A stretch of 64,000 nt of DNA from Takakia lepidozioides (lineage: Eukaryota > Plantae > Bryophyta), in contig CM060734.1 in the NCBI GenBank assembly GCA_030704615.1, positions 8,928,001-8,992,000 of the forward strand. The letters run 5' to 3'. The position numbers and the translations under genes were made by a program. How positions within the stretch are numbered: the stretch's first letter is position 1; every line of letters begins with the position of its first letter. Shown in pieces: positions 13,102 through 26,430 of the stretch. Below the pieces are notes generated by a model. The model had not been told where the DNA came from, ran no database searches, and saw nothing but the letters and a program-made list of their open reading frames with translations.

Positions 13102-15730
13102 GATTGGAAGGTCCTACAAGGCACAGCTGTTTGTTGGACTTGAGGCTGGCAGCAGGGGTAGTTCCTCCAGCCTCGCCACTGCTTTTGGACCACCAAGAGA
13201 GGGAGTCAATGGGAACTATTCTGGCACTTACAAGGATGTAAAGACACTATGTAAGGCAGGACGGCATAAAGAAGCGCTGCACATTTTGAACCAACGAGGC
13301 ATTCAGGTAGACACCAATACATACATCTGCATCTTACAGGAGTGCATCAACTTGAAAGATCTAGCAGAAGGAAAGTGGGTTCACACCCACATTCTCCAAC
13401 GTGGATTAAAGCCAAACACCTTTCTACTCAGCACCCTTTTCAAAATGTATGCCAGGTGTGGGAGCATGGTGGATGCACACCAAGTGTTTATAAAAATGCC
13501 TGAGCAAAGTTTGTTTGCATGGACTGAAATGATAGCAGGATATGCCAAACATGGGCGTGGTAGGGAGGCTCTCATTGTCTACGAGCAAATGAAAAGGGAA
13601 GGAGTGACTCCAGACAAGGTCACGTTCACTTGCATTCTCAATGCCTGTGCCAGCCTAGGGGCCCTTGAAAAGGGCAAAGCAGTCCATGATGATATCATCA
13701 AGGCTGGAATTGTACCAGATATCATTCTGGAGACTGCCCTTGGTAACATGTATGCCAAAAGTGGGAGCGTGAATGATGCGCGAGAAGTGTTTGACAATGA
13801 CTTTACGAGATGTGGTCTCATGGAACGCCATGATTGCAGGATATGCAAAGCATGGGTGTGGTAGGGAAGCCTTCCAGACATATGAGAATATGCTACATGA
13901 AGGGGTGCCTCGCAACAAAGTCACGTTCATCTGCGTTCTCAAGTCATGTGCCAGCCTAGGGTCTCTAGAAATGGGCAAAAAGGTCCACGCTGACATCAGG
14001 AAAAGTGGGATTTCACCTGATATTAATCTGGGAAACACCCTTGTTGACATGTATGCAAAATGTGGGAGCGTAACTGATGCACGTCAAGTGTTCGACAAAA
14101 TGGCTCAACGAGATGTTGTGTCATGGAACGCAATGATCGGGGGATGCGCTCAGCATGGGTGTGGAAGGGAAGCTTTGGAGATCTATGAGTGGATGATAGG
14201 GGAAGGGGTGAAGCCAGACAAGATAACGTTCATTTGCATTCTCAATGCGTGTGCCAGCCTAGGAACCCTGGATAAGGGCAAAGCAATCCACGCTGACATT
14301 GTCAAAGCTGTTACTCAGCCTGATGTCATTTTGGAGACTGCCCTTGCTGACATGTATGCCAAATGTGGGAGCATGAGTGATGCGTGTCAAGTATTTGACA
14401 AAATGGCTAAGCGAGATGTGTGCTCATGGAGCGTGATGATCGCAGGATATGCTCAGCATGGATGTGGTATGGAGGCTTTTGAGATCTACAAGGAAATGAT
14501 AGGGGAAGCGGTGACACCCGACAGGATCACATTTATTTCCATTCTCAACGCATGTGCCAGCGTAGGAGCATTGGAAAAGGGCAAAGAGATCCATGCTTAC
14601 ATCAGCGAAAGCGGAATTGCACCAGATATCATCCTGGAGAACACCCTTCTTGACATGTATGCCAAATGTGGGAGTGTCAAGGATGCTCGCCAAGTGTTTG
14701 ACAACATGGCCCATCGAGATGTGGTCTCATGGAATGCAATGATTGCAGGATATGCCCAGCTTGGGCATGGTAGGGAGGCTTTGGAGATCTACGAGCAAAT
14801 GATGTGGGAAGGGCTGACACCTGACAACATCACCTTCATTTGTATTCTCAATGCATGTGCTAGCCTGGCTGCCCTGGGAAATGGCAAAGAGGTTCATGCG
14901 ACATCGTGAAGGCCGGTTTCATGCCAGATATCATTCTGGAGACTGCCCTTGCTGACATGCCAAATGCGGGAGCCTCAAGGATGCGCATCAAGTGTTCGAC
15001 AATATGGTTCAACGAAACGTGGTTTCATGGAACGTGATTATTGCAGGATATGCTCAGCATGGGTGTGCTTGGGAGGCGCTTAACCTATTTGAACATATGC
15101 AAAAGGAAGGCCTGAGGCCAGATGAAGTTACCTTTGTAGGTGTTCTCACTGCATGTAGCCATGCCGGCCTGGTGGATGAAGGTTGTCACTACTTTGATTC
15201 CATGAGTGGAGATCATGGCCTCAGTCCCACAGTGGCGCATTTTGGCTGCATGGTGGACCTTCTTGGCCGTGTAGGGCGATTGGGTGAGGCAGAGGACCTG
15301 ATTGATAAAATGCCAATCAAACCAGATGATTCGGTGTGGGTGGCCTTGCTTGGTGCATGCAGAATTCATGGTGATGTGGACTTAGCAGAACGTGTGGCAA
15401 AATGCCTTTTCAAGTAGGATCCACAGTATGCTATAACTTATTATGTGCTGCTACCGAACATCTATGCTACGGTTGGCAGGTGGCACTATCAAGCTAAGGT
15501 GGAAAGAATGATGAAAGATACAGGTGTCAGAAAGGAGCCGAGCGCAACTGCATGGAGGAGGACGAGGGTGCATACATTCCTAGTAGATGACAAGTTCCAT
15601 CCAGATATTGTGAAATCTATGCTGAGCTGAACTGATTGTCTGGACTGATGAAGGAGGCAGTGTGCATGCCCACGCTTTGTGTTACACATGATGTGGAGGA
15701 GGAGCAAAAGGAATTTTCTCTTGAGAGAGT
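13102..15730 (+). pseudogene. PLS-class PPR RNA-editing factor with E/E+ and the start of a DYW domain; frameshifted and truncated
   Basis: Repeated P-L-S motifs (DMYAKCGSV.DARQVFDKM..RDVVSWNAMI.GYAQHG.GREA) and an E domain (VWVALLGACRIHGDVDLAERVA). Frameshifts near 13795, 14900 and 14957, and a stop at 15415. The DYW start (FVL/HDVEEEQKEFSL) breaks off before the HSE motif. Confidence 0.92.
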
Positions 15731-15739
15731 GCTCAAGGC

Positions 15740-16270
15740 CAAGACCACCAGTCGACACGACCACTACTCGCCCAAGCTTGAGAGTAACATGGAAGGCACA
15801 GGGGATCTCTGAGGCTACCTTTCGAAACTTGAAAAGGAACTGGTACCTTGGAAGACAGATGTGGCCACTGCATTCAAGGGAAAAGTAGTGCCTCAGGGAC
15901 AACTCCTGCATAAATTGTCCAAAAAGATGCTCCTCCCTACTAACATCCGTCAATAGGTTCTCATCCTCGCCGAAGAACTTAATTCCCACAAGGCAGCAAC
16001 ATCTTTTGTCACTAAGGAGCCGCAGGGGCCTGCAGGTATTGAGCAAGCAGGAACCCTGGAGCACAAAATTGTATTCATTGGATTCAAGGATAGGGCATCT
16101 TGGGACATGGTACTTAAACGATGGCCCCAGTTGAGAGGACAAAAATTGTGCCGCAGTGACGATCCGATGCCTATGCTGAGAACACAACTCAGCCAAGTAC
16201 TTGAGGCCAGGGTGCAAGGCAAATATGTTCATCATTGGTCAGAACGAGCATCACCCTCCTAAAGCTACAT
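15740..16270 (+). mobile_element. Probable LINE ORF1 (RRM/Tnp22-like) relic interrupting the PPR gene
   Basis: Manual translation KIVFIGFKDRASWDMVLKRWPQLRGQKLCRSDDP resembles a LINE ORF1 C-terminus. Confidence 0.4.
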
Positions 16271-17138
16271 AGGTTACTTGGATACCATGAGCAAACTTCA
16301 CACTCGCATCTGAATATCAGCTCATGGAACACTTTGCAGGTTTACTACAAACATTTAAAGATTGGTTCTTTCATGTACCACTTCCGAACATCCAACTTCA
16401 TCAAGTAGTGTGGGGATTTCAATTCTTCACACATGGGCCTGCAGATAGCCGACGCACTTGCATAAATAGGGGATTTCACTTGCACTTCCATACATTGGGG
16501 GTTGCATTTGGACTTACATGTGGCTGGACACTTGCCCTTCCCTACGGCAAGGAAGTACATTGGTACATTGCCAACTCTGCTTGCGGATATCGTGAGGTAC
16601 CCATACACGGCCCAATCCATAGAAGGTCCTGAACTCCATGCATTTTGTAAGCGGATGAATTTCCACATTGTGAACACTACCCAAATTACAAATGATTATG
16701 TTCATTGCATGTACTACAAACGATGCAATACATTGCCAAGAATCCGCTGTGTTGTATGTAACATATTTGATTCATAGTGTGCAAGATGCATTGACATTGA
16801 CCGACATGACGATCGGCTGCACCCATACATGAAATAGCACCACAGTGCAGCGATTTTTTGGGTCTATATATGTCATATGCATTGCACTGCTTCATCGCAC
16901 ATTCCCGCAAAATGCATGCCCAACAGTGCACCCTAAACAATTAGAAATGAACATGGGACACACCGTACGGTCTGCAAAATCCATCACAAAAAGTTTCGGA
17001 AATGAAGTTGGGCTTTATTTCATGACCATTTGAATATACGATGCACAACAGGTCTAAGGAATCCACATCCACATCCACGTCTCCATTCCCAGCCCCTTCT
17101 TCCACGACTTGCTACCGACACGACTTCATACTATGCCT

Positions 17139-18303
17139 AGGGAATTCCAAAAAGGCCTTGATGTGAAATGCATCGCAATTCACTTGATCACCCCCTAAAA
17201 GTGCGCAATTCAATTGAATTGCAAGGGCAATTCAATTGAACTAACCGTAATTTGCAATTCAATTGAATTGTCGGCACACAATTGCGAATTGGCAATTCAA
17301 TTGAATTGTTGACTGCAATTCAATTGAATCGCTAGTTGGCAATTCAATTGAATTGCTGACTACAATTCAATTGAATTGTAATCTATAATTTTTAACTTAT
17401 TTTTGTATATAATATATATGTATATATTTAAATTATACATATATACATACACAGGTATAAGCTAAAAATACATGTTGCCCGTCTATTCTTGCTGTCCGTC
17501 TATCAATCCTTTGCCCGTGGTAAGGCTTGAGCCCAAGATAAGCCTAAGGGAGAGCGAGAGAGGGAGAGAGCAAGAGAGGAAGTCACGAAGCGCTTGTAAA
17601 AGCGGGATTGTCTCTCTTTGTGGATGTTGGTGCCAATATATGGCTATGTACATATACCAAACATGATACCAATGTAAGAGTATCAACGTGTAAGAGTTTG
17701 ATATATTAAACTTATATAGAACACACATCCCAACTTCAACATGATACCTTTGTAAGGGTATCGAAATTTTTGATAATTCTCAAGATGAACATATTTTTTG
17801 TTTTCTTTGTCCTGGGCCAGATACTAGTGTTAGGGGACTACATGGTGATGCAGGGGAAGCCTTTCGTCAATTGTCAGGTTTGATTTTGTCTGTTTTATTC
17901 GGAGCCAGCCATGTTTCTTTTGCCAGTGAATCACAGGAAGTTGTTGATTTGTCTCCGTCTCTGGCTCTCCCTTTCTCGCTGAGGCTGAGGGTGGCTTCAC
18001 AACTCCACAATTTCCTCAAGGGCACAAGAAAGAGGGCCAGCAAGAATAGACGGGCAACATGTATTTTTAGCTTATACTCTTATATGTGTATAAATATAAT
18101 TTGAATATATACATGTACATATATATTATATATTATATACAAAAATAAGTTAAAAATTATAAATTACAATTCAATTGAATTGCAAATTAGGGTTAGTTCA
18201 ATTGAATTGCCCTTGCAATTCAATTCAATTCAATTGCGCACTTTTAGGGGGTGATCAAGTGAATTGCGATGCATTTCACATCAAGGCCTTTTTGGAATTC
18301 CCT
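17139..18303. mobile_element. Non-autonomous Mutator-type element (MITE/foldback) with long TIRs and a 9-bp TSD
   Basis: TIR AGGGAATTCCAAAAAGGCCTTGATGTGAAATGCATCGC... is mirrored at 18303, and inverted similarity extends a few hundred bp. TSD ACTATGCCT at 17130-17138 and 18304-18312. Internal GCAATTCAATTGAATTGC palindromes. Confidence 0.93.
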
Positions 18304-18346
18304 ACTATGCCTGCAAAATGAATTTAACGTTTTTTATAAGTTGTTG

Positions 18347-18909
18347 TCATTGCCATAGAGAGAGTGCGATTGTACTCATGCAGCGGTGGTCAACACTTTC
18401 CCACGAAGGCAACACCGTTACCAAACTGTGTGGTACTAGGTAGAAAGTGCATAGAATGTAGTGATCCTCAAGCGAGGCTACTCTCTTGTGGAGACCAGGG
18501 ATGTCCATAGCTATCATTGGAAAATCCTTGTTCATCGCATCTTGATTCAGCGTTGTTTCCTCCGTCCACTCCTCAGCTGGGGGGGACATGGGAGGCATCT
18601 CATGGATTGCGGAATCCAACCTGGGGATCTTGTGGAGAGGTGGAGGTGGAGAGAGAAGGTTAGAGGAAGAGAAGGGAGGGGAAGGGGCCTTACAAGAGCA
18701 CTGGGGTTTCCGATCCTTGATTGAGCTTCATGCGTCAGGAAGAAGCCTGTACCAGATGAGGGAGCAATTCTCCTTAGAGAGGGAAGCATTGGACATTTTT
18801 TAAAGCAATTCTCCATCTTGTCTTTGAGTTTAAGGTGACTAACCCCAGTGGGACCGGAAGAGTCGGGTGCTGATGGAGGTGCAAGCACGTCGAGAGGGAG
18901 TCGTTCCAT
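18347..18909 (-). mobile_element. Probable L1 ORF1 5' relic
   Basis: Pro-rich N-terminus followed by DIPGLHKRVASLEDHYILCTFY (DUF4283-like); frameshifted. Confidence 0.4.
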
Positions 18910-18934
18910 GTAACAGAGGTATCAGAGGTTTTTT

Positions 18935-19560
18935 GCAATTGACGGTCGCATGTACTTTTCTTAAAACAAATTCAAGCGACCGCCGAATTTCGGCGGTCGC
19001 TTGGATTTATATTTTCTTTAAACACAAGCGACCACTGCAATTCGGCGGTCGCTTGTATTTAGTTATTTAATTAAATATTAGTGACCGCCAAAATTTGACA
19101 GTCGCAGGTTATTTACTAATATAATTAAATATAAGCGACCATTGCATTTTGGTAGTCGCTTATATTTAATTATATAAATAAATACATGCGACCGAATTTC
19201 AGTGGTCGCAGGTATTTATGTTTTTCTTAAATATAAAAGCGACCGCCGAATACCGGCGGTCGGTAGTATTTTAAAAATAAATAAAATACAAGCGACCGCC
19301 GTATATCGGCGGTTGCAATTTTTTTTTTTTTACTGGTTAGGCCCGATATTCGGCGGTCGCAAGTATTGTTTTATTTTTTTAAAAGAAGCGATCGCGGAAT
19401 ATCGACGGTCGCAAGTATTTTTTCTATTTTTATAAACAGAAGCGATTGCCGAATATAGGCGGTCGCTTGTTTTTTATTACCACTCCATGTTTTTTCGGGG
19501 TTTTTTTTTAAAGAAATTGAACCACAGACGGCCGCCGAAATTGGGTGGTGGCCAGTCGCG
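18935..19560. repeat. Array of about 12 palindromes, consensus GCGACCGCCGAA(T/A)TTCGGCGGTCGC, with AT-rich spacers
   Basis: Examples: 18974 AAGCGACCGCCGAATTTCGGCGGTCGCTT, 19239 GCGACCGCCGAATACCGGCGGTCG, 19441 AGCGATTGCCGAATATAGGCGGTCGCT. Confidence 0.92.
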
Positions 19561-19842
19561 TGGACACGTGGCGAGGCACAATTGGCCATTTGTGCCTCCT
19601 CATGCAGATGCCTCTATATAAACCCCCCCCCCTCTCGTTCTATGTTCATTTTGGTCTTCCGTGAGAATGGTTCCTTGGTTTTTTGTAGTTTTCGGACTTC
19701 ACTGCTTGGGACTGCCAACGCGAGGTGCAAAGGTGTTAGCTTGGGCCCGAAGAGAGTTTTTGTCCGTTCTCCATCTCGTCACTTCTCACCTTTTTCGCCC
19801 TTCTTCATTGTTTTATCGTTTTTTTAATTTTTTTCCTAAAGT

Positions 19843-20010
19843 ATGACGCCTCTCGAAAGGAACGTAACTTATGGTGTCACTTCACCACAAGGGCTATTGC
19901 CTTCCAGCTGAAAGGTGGACACATTAATGACACACCATACCGTGGTTTGAACCCACAACCACATCCAACGTGGTATGTGCCCATTACCACTGGGCTACAT
20001 GCTGGTTGTC
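19843..20010 (-). mobile_element. tRNA-derived SINE, copy 1
   Basis: Minus strand has A-box TAGCCCAGTGG and B-box GGTTCAAAC; homologous to the copies at 21489 and 31668. Confidence 0.8.
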
Positions 20011-20091
20011 TACCTTTTTTCTAGAATATACCCTCTACGCGGCCATTATTTTTTTCTTTCCATCACCTATAGTGGGCAAAGGAAGTATGTA

Positions 20092-21230
20092 ATGTCAGGG
20101 AATGTGAGCTCAAACACTGGGTCGGGGGGGTCATATGGGAGTCGGGGTAAAGGCAGGAAGAGAAAACATGCCCACGAGCGAGATAGCCAGACTATCCAGG
20201 AAAAGAGCTCGTGAGAGCCATAAAGGAGGTGGTACTGGATTATTTCAAAGGAAATGACATGATGAGGTTGCAAAGTTCTTATGTCCGGCATGGATACGAG
20301 GGGTTCTGTCTTTTCCAGAAGAATATAGAAAGGAAAAAATGAGGGAGGCTTTGGCCGGCTCGATGAGTGGACGGAGGACAAGATGAAGTGGAAATTCACA
20401 GAGTGGGTCAAGAGTAGGACAGCTGACGCCACGTGGAATTTGAGGCAGGTAATCAAGATGATTGTTACAAAAACAACCAAAGGTCGGGTGCCTAGCTGGG
20501 AAAAGAACTTGTTTGTGCGTGTCGATTGGTGGGCGGACATGGCAAAGGCCCATGCGAAACACCGGACTAGGCCAGTCCCTTGGAAGATGCGTCATCGAGC
20601 GTGGCAGGCGGTAGGGAACTTATTTACGTCAGCACAAGTGTACAGGTACTACAGCTTGATGCCTACAAAGAATATGCTAGAGTTCGCAGGGTTATAATTG
20701 TTGGGGATTCAAGAATAGTGGAAAACTGGGAGCTAGCGGGAAAAACACCCAAGGAAAAAACTCGGAAATTGTTGTCAGCCAACATGACAACGAGGCTTTA
20801 GTTGTGAAGTTCCATCACTGGAGAGTCATTAAATATTTTGTTGTGAATCCACGTGAGCTAGAAGGTTACACTCATTGGTGGAATGGGGGGACAATATATG
20901 AGATGTTGGCAATTGACGCAAAATGGGGTAATGAGTGGGACAACATGGAGATTTTGAGACTGCAACGGGGAACAGAACAATAATACGAGGAGGTCAATTG
21001 CTTTGTTCGTTTCCGGAAAGAGCGCAGCAAACTAATATGGGCACTGGTGAGCATCATGGATGTTGTTCATAAGAACCATGTCATGCGCAACGACTTGTCC
21101 CCCGATAACATCTTGTTGCATTTTCCACATTGCACCGAGGAGGTTATTGGGGTGTGTGATTGGGGGATGGCTACCTCAACGGAGGCAACCAAATTGTCTT
21201 TGTATATTTTTGAAAGCGTTGAGAATATGG
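20092..21230 (+). pseudogene. Intronless protein-kinase-like pseudogene, probably transposon cargo
   Basis: Kinase subdomains in order across broken frames: EYARVRRV, ELAGKTPK, WWNGGTI, HKNHVMRNDLSPDNILL, VCDWGMAT. Many stops; cut by a poly-T tract near 21232. Confidence 0.75.
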
Positions 21231-21257
21231 GTTTTTTTTTTTTTTTTTTTTTTTTCT

Positions 21258-22933
21258 CACGATGGGAGGACGGAGCGCCCTCCCTCCCCAGTGCCTTTCG
21301 GCTAACCCCTCCGCTGCTTGCTACTTTAGGTAACCCGCCTATTTTCCTCCTCACTTTAGTCGCTATCCAAATCTTATTTAGCGGTTCCGCTACCCTAGAA
21401 TAACAACACAAAGCTAGGATCTCGGGCTCTAGCTCAAAAACACACAACAAGTCTAGGGGAGGTCTTCCTCCTAGCTTGGGTCAATATTAACAACCAACAT
21501 GTAGCCCAGTGGTAAGGGCATATACCCTTTTACGAGTGGTTGTGGGTTCAAACCACCCTGTTGGTTGTTATAAAGGTGTCCACCTTCCTACCGGAAGGCC
21601 GTAGCCCTTTTGGATCAAGTGACACCATAAGTTACGCTTGCTTCGGCAATGCGTCCACCTTTTGGGTCAATATTCAAAACACAAGAATAGAAATTCAAAT
21701 GCTCAATGGCACAAGGCTATCTCACCCGTTCAATTGGTGGGGACGCTTGTGATGCTCTAACTCGCTCGGTGGCCTGGTACCTCGCCCAACCGATCCCGGC
21801 TCCTACTCGTCTCCAAGTCGCCAAATCAACCCCAATCCGTAGTGATAAAAACTAAGCTCATCTTTATAAAATGGGCTCAATGGCCAACAAAGGTCTAGGG
21901 GAGGTCTTCCCTCTAGCCTACAAATGCTCTTCCTACACTATCTAGGAGGACTCGAGCACACCCCTTAGGACCTAGGTCCCCTCAAGCAAAAACTAGAACT
22001 AAAGCAAAGCAACAAAGCAAGAGGAAGAGCACAAGATGAAGAACAAGGAGGTCCTTGGACTTCTTATATAGTGCTTTGAGGCCTACTAAAGTACTAGTTT
22101 CCCTTGAGTTTTTTATTCCTACCTAATGGTGTTCATAAATGCTAAAAGAAAAAAAACTAAGAGTTAAAAGCCTTTGGATGATTTTTTCCAAGACGGATGG
22201 GAATTGGATTTTTCTATCCTACTGATGAATGACCAGCTAAGACCAGCTAGCACCAGCTAGCACTAGCTCATGGTCAACTCTAATTATCTGGTCAAAGAAA
22301 GAATTGAATATCATTTAAATCGGTCGCCGCAAGTGCCGTTGGCCTTGAAAATTGGTGCCATTTCTAATCTTAACCAAAAATCACAAAACTTGGTGATAAA
22401 TTGTGTTAAGTTCTTCCGTAATACCTTGAAAATTTTCAGGTTGATTGGAGTTATTTGTCTTCTCCAAAATACCATTCTGCATCGAACTGCCGCGTAGGAA
22501 GTCTGCTGCTTCCTTGAAAAATGTCCTAATGGGGGTGCCTTTGTGGGTCTTTGACCTTGCCACTGGATCATTGATCTTCGGAGTCATCTCCAGCTATTCT
22601 GCATCGTTGGTGTAGTCCGCGCTTCGTTTTGCATCGTCCGGACTCGCCGTTTGTTTCGATGCAACAACCTGCTGCTTTGCGATATTTCATCGCTATACAA
22701 ATGCTTTGCCAAGCTTACTCGTCACTGTGTGTCCTACTAGACAAATAAAGGGAGAACAGAGGGATCGCAACCCGTTCTCAAACAGTCGTCTCGTCATGTG
22801 GAGACAAGGTCAACCTACTGCTTCTGATATCGATCGGACGCCGCATAACATGCCCGAAACTGCCTGCCTCAAGATAAAAAACGATCGAAAATAAAAAATG
22901 TACCATTATATGCATCTACACCCCCACACTAAA
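21258..22933 (-). mobile_element. Probable LTR-retrotransposon long terminal repeat relic
   Basis: Minus-strand PPT-like AGTGTGGGGG directly followed by TGTAGATG at ~22920; non-coding; the other boundary is uncertain. Confidence 0.45.
21489..21661 (+). mobile_element. tRNA-derived SINE, copy 2, with a 13-bp TSD
   Basis: A and B boxes present; TTGGGTCAATATT at 21476-21488 and 21662-21674. Confidence 0.88.
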
Positions 22934-23242
22934 ATGAAGTTGGATGTTTGTCAGTATGCCTAAATGGAAGATATAGAATTCAATGATGTGTACACAGAAG
23001 GAATTCCGCTTGTAGTCACTTGCGAAAACACTTGGGTTTTTCCATTCTCGGAATGTTCCCTTCAGTGTTATAGATTAGCATGCAATTCTACGAAGCGCTA
23101 TATAATGAACAGTCAGTGGATTTCCATGTACATCCATGTATTGCAGATTCTCAGAATTGATAAATCATTGCAGTACATGTATTTAAAGTTAACACCCATA
23201 CTCCCTATATCATATACGATACGTACATGACTCGCAATCAGG

Positions 23243-25200
23243 TCAGTACCATCCTTTCACTGTGACTGCCCGATGAAGGCGACAGGATCTGAACGCATGT
23301 CCAAGGCCCCTATTGTCTGGAGTAACTGCAAGGTCATTACTTGAATTGCATGGTTGTAACTCATTGCATATAGTACAAGAATCATATGTCCATACAATTT
23401 CAATAAATGATGATGGATTCTTCTTAACATTTTCTGTCATTTCAGTGTATGTAAGTATCCAAATACTGAAAGACGAGTAGTTGCCATTGTTCATATGTGT
23501 CAAACAAGCCCAGTGGCATGTCTGTATTTGCCACAGTTCGTATATGAAGGAATTTACATACATGAATCATAAGCCGCATAACAAAAGAGAACTGTCATCC
23601 CCCCTGTCTGCAGTGGAGACCCCGTATGCATGCACCAAACATCCTTCCATATAAATTTGCCTCAAATTATCAAGTGCACTTGCAATACAAGAAATGAGAA
23701 CCAACAATGTCTTCATCACATGACATGGTACATGAACCTAACCAAGGCATGGCTGACACCAGCCCGGCAATACTCCGGAACACCATCACTTGGACAGCCA
23801 GTCGATATTCTTGAAGTCCAATCGTACTTTGGTACAGTGGTTGTCTCCACTCCCAGCCCTTTCTTCCAGCTCCCTGTCTCCATGTCCCCTCGCCACAGCC
23901 GCACGTCATGAATGAGGGGGTTTTCCCTCCACCGAGGAATGACACGAAAGAACATGCTGGACTTGTTGTGTTCCAGGTGCATGGTGGAGGTGAACGTAAC
24001 CACCATATCCCCCCCTCCAATGGTGCAACACAAATCGCCCTGGCATGTCTTTGGCCTCAACACCTACAGGTCGTCCACATGGGGATCACGAAGCATACGT
24101 TCCACAATCTTGGTCTCAACCCACTTGTCAGTCGCCCAATGAAACAATGACACAATTAGGAACTGGTCGTTTGGTCGTTCTGGGTCCAGACCCAACATCT
24201 CAGGTCCCCACTACATATTAGGCACACCATAGAATCGGAAACGAACCACCACACAATTGGGGGATTTCGCCAAATCCTCTATACTCGAGTCAAAGAAACA
24301 AACCCACTGAACACACTCTTCGCTGGCATCCGCATACATTAAGAAATTGCATGGGAGAGGCGATTTCGACCCCATTAGGGCATCCATGCCAATCAGCCTT
24401 GACATTGAGATGTTCGACACTGTAGGTACATCCTCGGGTGTCTAGTCCATTTGTGGTGCAAGTCGCAGAGCAGACCACATTGTTGCGAATGTTTGAGGTG
24501 GACCTGTCTGGAAAAGCTGAATGTGGGTGGGACTGTGGAGGGTATGCTATGTCGGCAACACTACATATACAAGCAACGAATCCCCCAAGTAGGAGGGAAA
24601 GCTTATTCGCGGGAAACTCTCTAACATCGGCGATGTAATGCGATTATAAATTTGCAGAGCACCAATTGCGTTGGCGTGTTCTGGGCAACCCAACTTAAAT
24701 ATGCCGTCAAATGCCTTCATACGGGAGAAGACATGGCCGACCATACCTCTTACATTGCACAACAACACATAATGAGCGCAAGCTTCATCGATTTTGGTGA
24801 ACGATTCACTACATGACCTACGAATTGGCTCTCATTTTGTCCAGCGCCATAAACCCTGCATGAATCCCTTGTGTGCACATGCTCATGTCTGTACTGCATA
24901 TACTGTAGTGTCTGGATAGGGCGTACGTCAGAGATTGGGCAATCATACATCTGGGGGGGCCTGGCGAACTCAGGTAGCAATTCTGTCATGCGAAAGGAAT
25001 GGGGTTTTATTCCATAGTTCGAGACAGCAAAAGCTGCTGCCCAAGCAATGTTTTTCAATCCACATACAAGGGGTTTCAATGTAAACATCTTCCCTTGGTC
25101 CTCCAAAATGGGTAATAGGAATGGGAAACTTTGGGGGCCAAGGGGTCCTTACATTCCAAATCAGTATTTGGTGAACCTGCCAGATATAGCCAACCATTTT
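23243..25200 (-). pseudogene. Degenerate coding region of unknown family
   Basis: Chain of protein-like minus-strand ORFs of 60-118 aa in shifting frames; no motif recognised. Confidence 0.35.
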
Positions 25201-25599
25201 GGCTGTTACCTAGGATGTCTGGGATCTTTGATCCTCAAATGAACACTAAAAACCTGAGACAAGATCCTGCATGAAAAATAGTAACCATCGCTTCGAGACT
25301 CCATGAAACCGGGTGTGCAAAAATTGTTCTGATGATGCCTAATGAAGAGGTGTTACCACAGTATGTCAAACTGCCTATTGACACAGAAGGAAATTACTAC
25401 ACTATAAGACTCATTGAGGACTCCTCTTCAACTGCGGCCAGCTCGGCCACATCAAAATTGATTGCCCAACAGACAAAAGGAAGTGCTCTCCAGCACTCCA
25501 GCCTGGCACAACTCATCTTCAACCTGTCCACACTCGTTCCCCGTACTTGGGCCACCAGGCTAGTCAGCTGCTAAACTCTAAAAACTCAAAAAGCCTTGT

Positions 25600-26430
25600 G
25601 CTCCCAACCAGACCTCCACTGTCTTCTCAATTTGACCCTCTCCAATTCAGCCGGTTCCTCATAGGGGACTTCAATATGGTGGAATTGCCAGAGGACAGAA
25701 GAGGGGCAGGTACCCACCCCCCAAACATAGATGAAATGGACCAGTGGCTCGCATGCACCCAAACCCATAACCTGGTGGAAATATAACCTCTCTCTCATGC
25801 CGCACCGGATCTCACTTTCACCTGGACAAACAATAGGAACCTTGCAGATCTACAAATGGCCCATCTGGACAGAGCATACTCTTCCATGAACCTCATTCGA
25901 CGGACCAAAAGGGAATTCCAACAGCCGATCCCATTGGGTTTCGATCATGCTCCCATCTCGGCCACGGTCTCCATTCCAAAAGTTCAACGCAGAGGCAGAG
26001 GGCTTTGCAAAATCAATACTCTACTACTCAAACTGCCCTCATACAAGCAAGGTCTTGTACAGGCTTGGTCGAAAGTAGGCAACAACAACCTAAATCCAGT
26101 TGACAGATTCCTGACTAAACTCAAGGCTGTGAACGTTGAAAACCAAAGGATGAGCTTGGAACTGGCAACAATCAGGAAAATGAAGGTTAAGGCACTCACC
26201 AAGTGTCTTAAAGTCTGTCAAATCATAATGGAATCCCCACGTTGTGAGACCACTTACTTGACCTATGTGGAAATAAGGAACAACTTTGAGATTCTTCAGA
26301 ATTTATAAAGGGAAATTGAAGCTCCAAGCAGGAGTGAACTGGTCTACTAAAAGGGGAAAAATGACCAAGTATTTCTTTGACAAAACTAGACTCAGTTGAG
26401 CCTCTCAAAATATCTCTGAGCTGGGGGATG
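25600..26430 (+). mobile_element. L1-type LINE ORF2 relic (APE endonuclease and linker)
   Basis: IGDFNMVE, FTWTN, HLDRAYSS, FDHAPI and a W...GEK.TKYFF-like segment; frameshifts present. Confidence 0.85.

Noticed and set aside
15489-16235. 248-aa minus-strand ORF
   Set aside because: It is antisense to the PPR tail and the putative LINE ORF1 relic and spans their junction.
21489-21661. Functional tRNA gene
   Set aside because: A and B boxes only, no convincing cloverleaf; it has a TSD and a non-tRNA body, so it was called a SINE.
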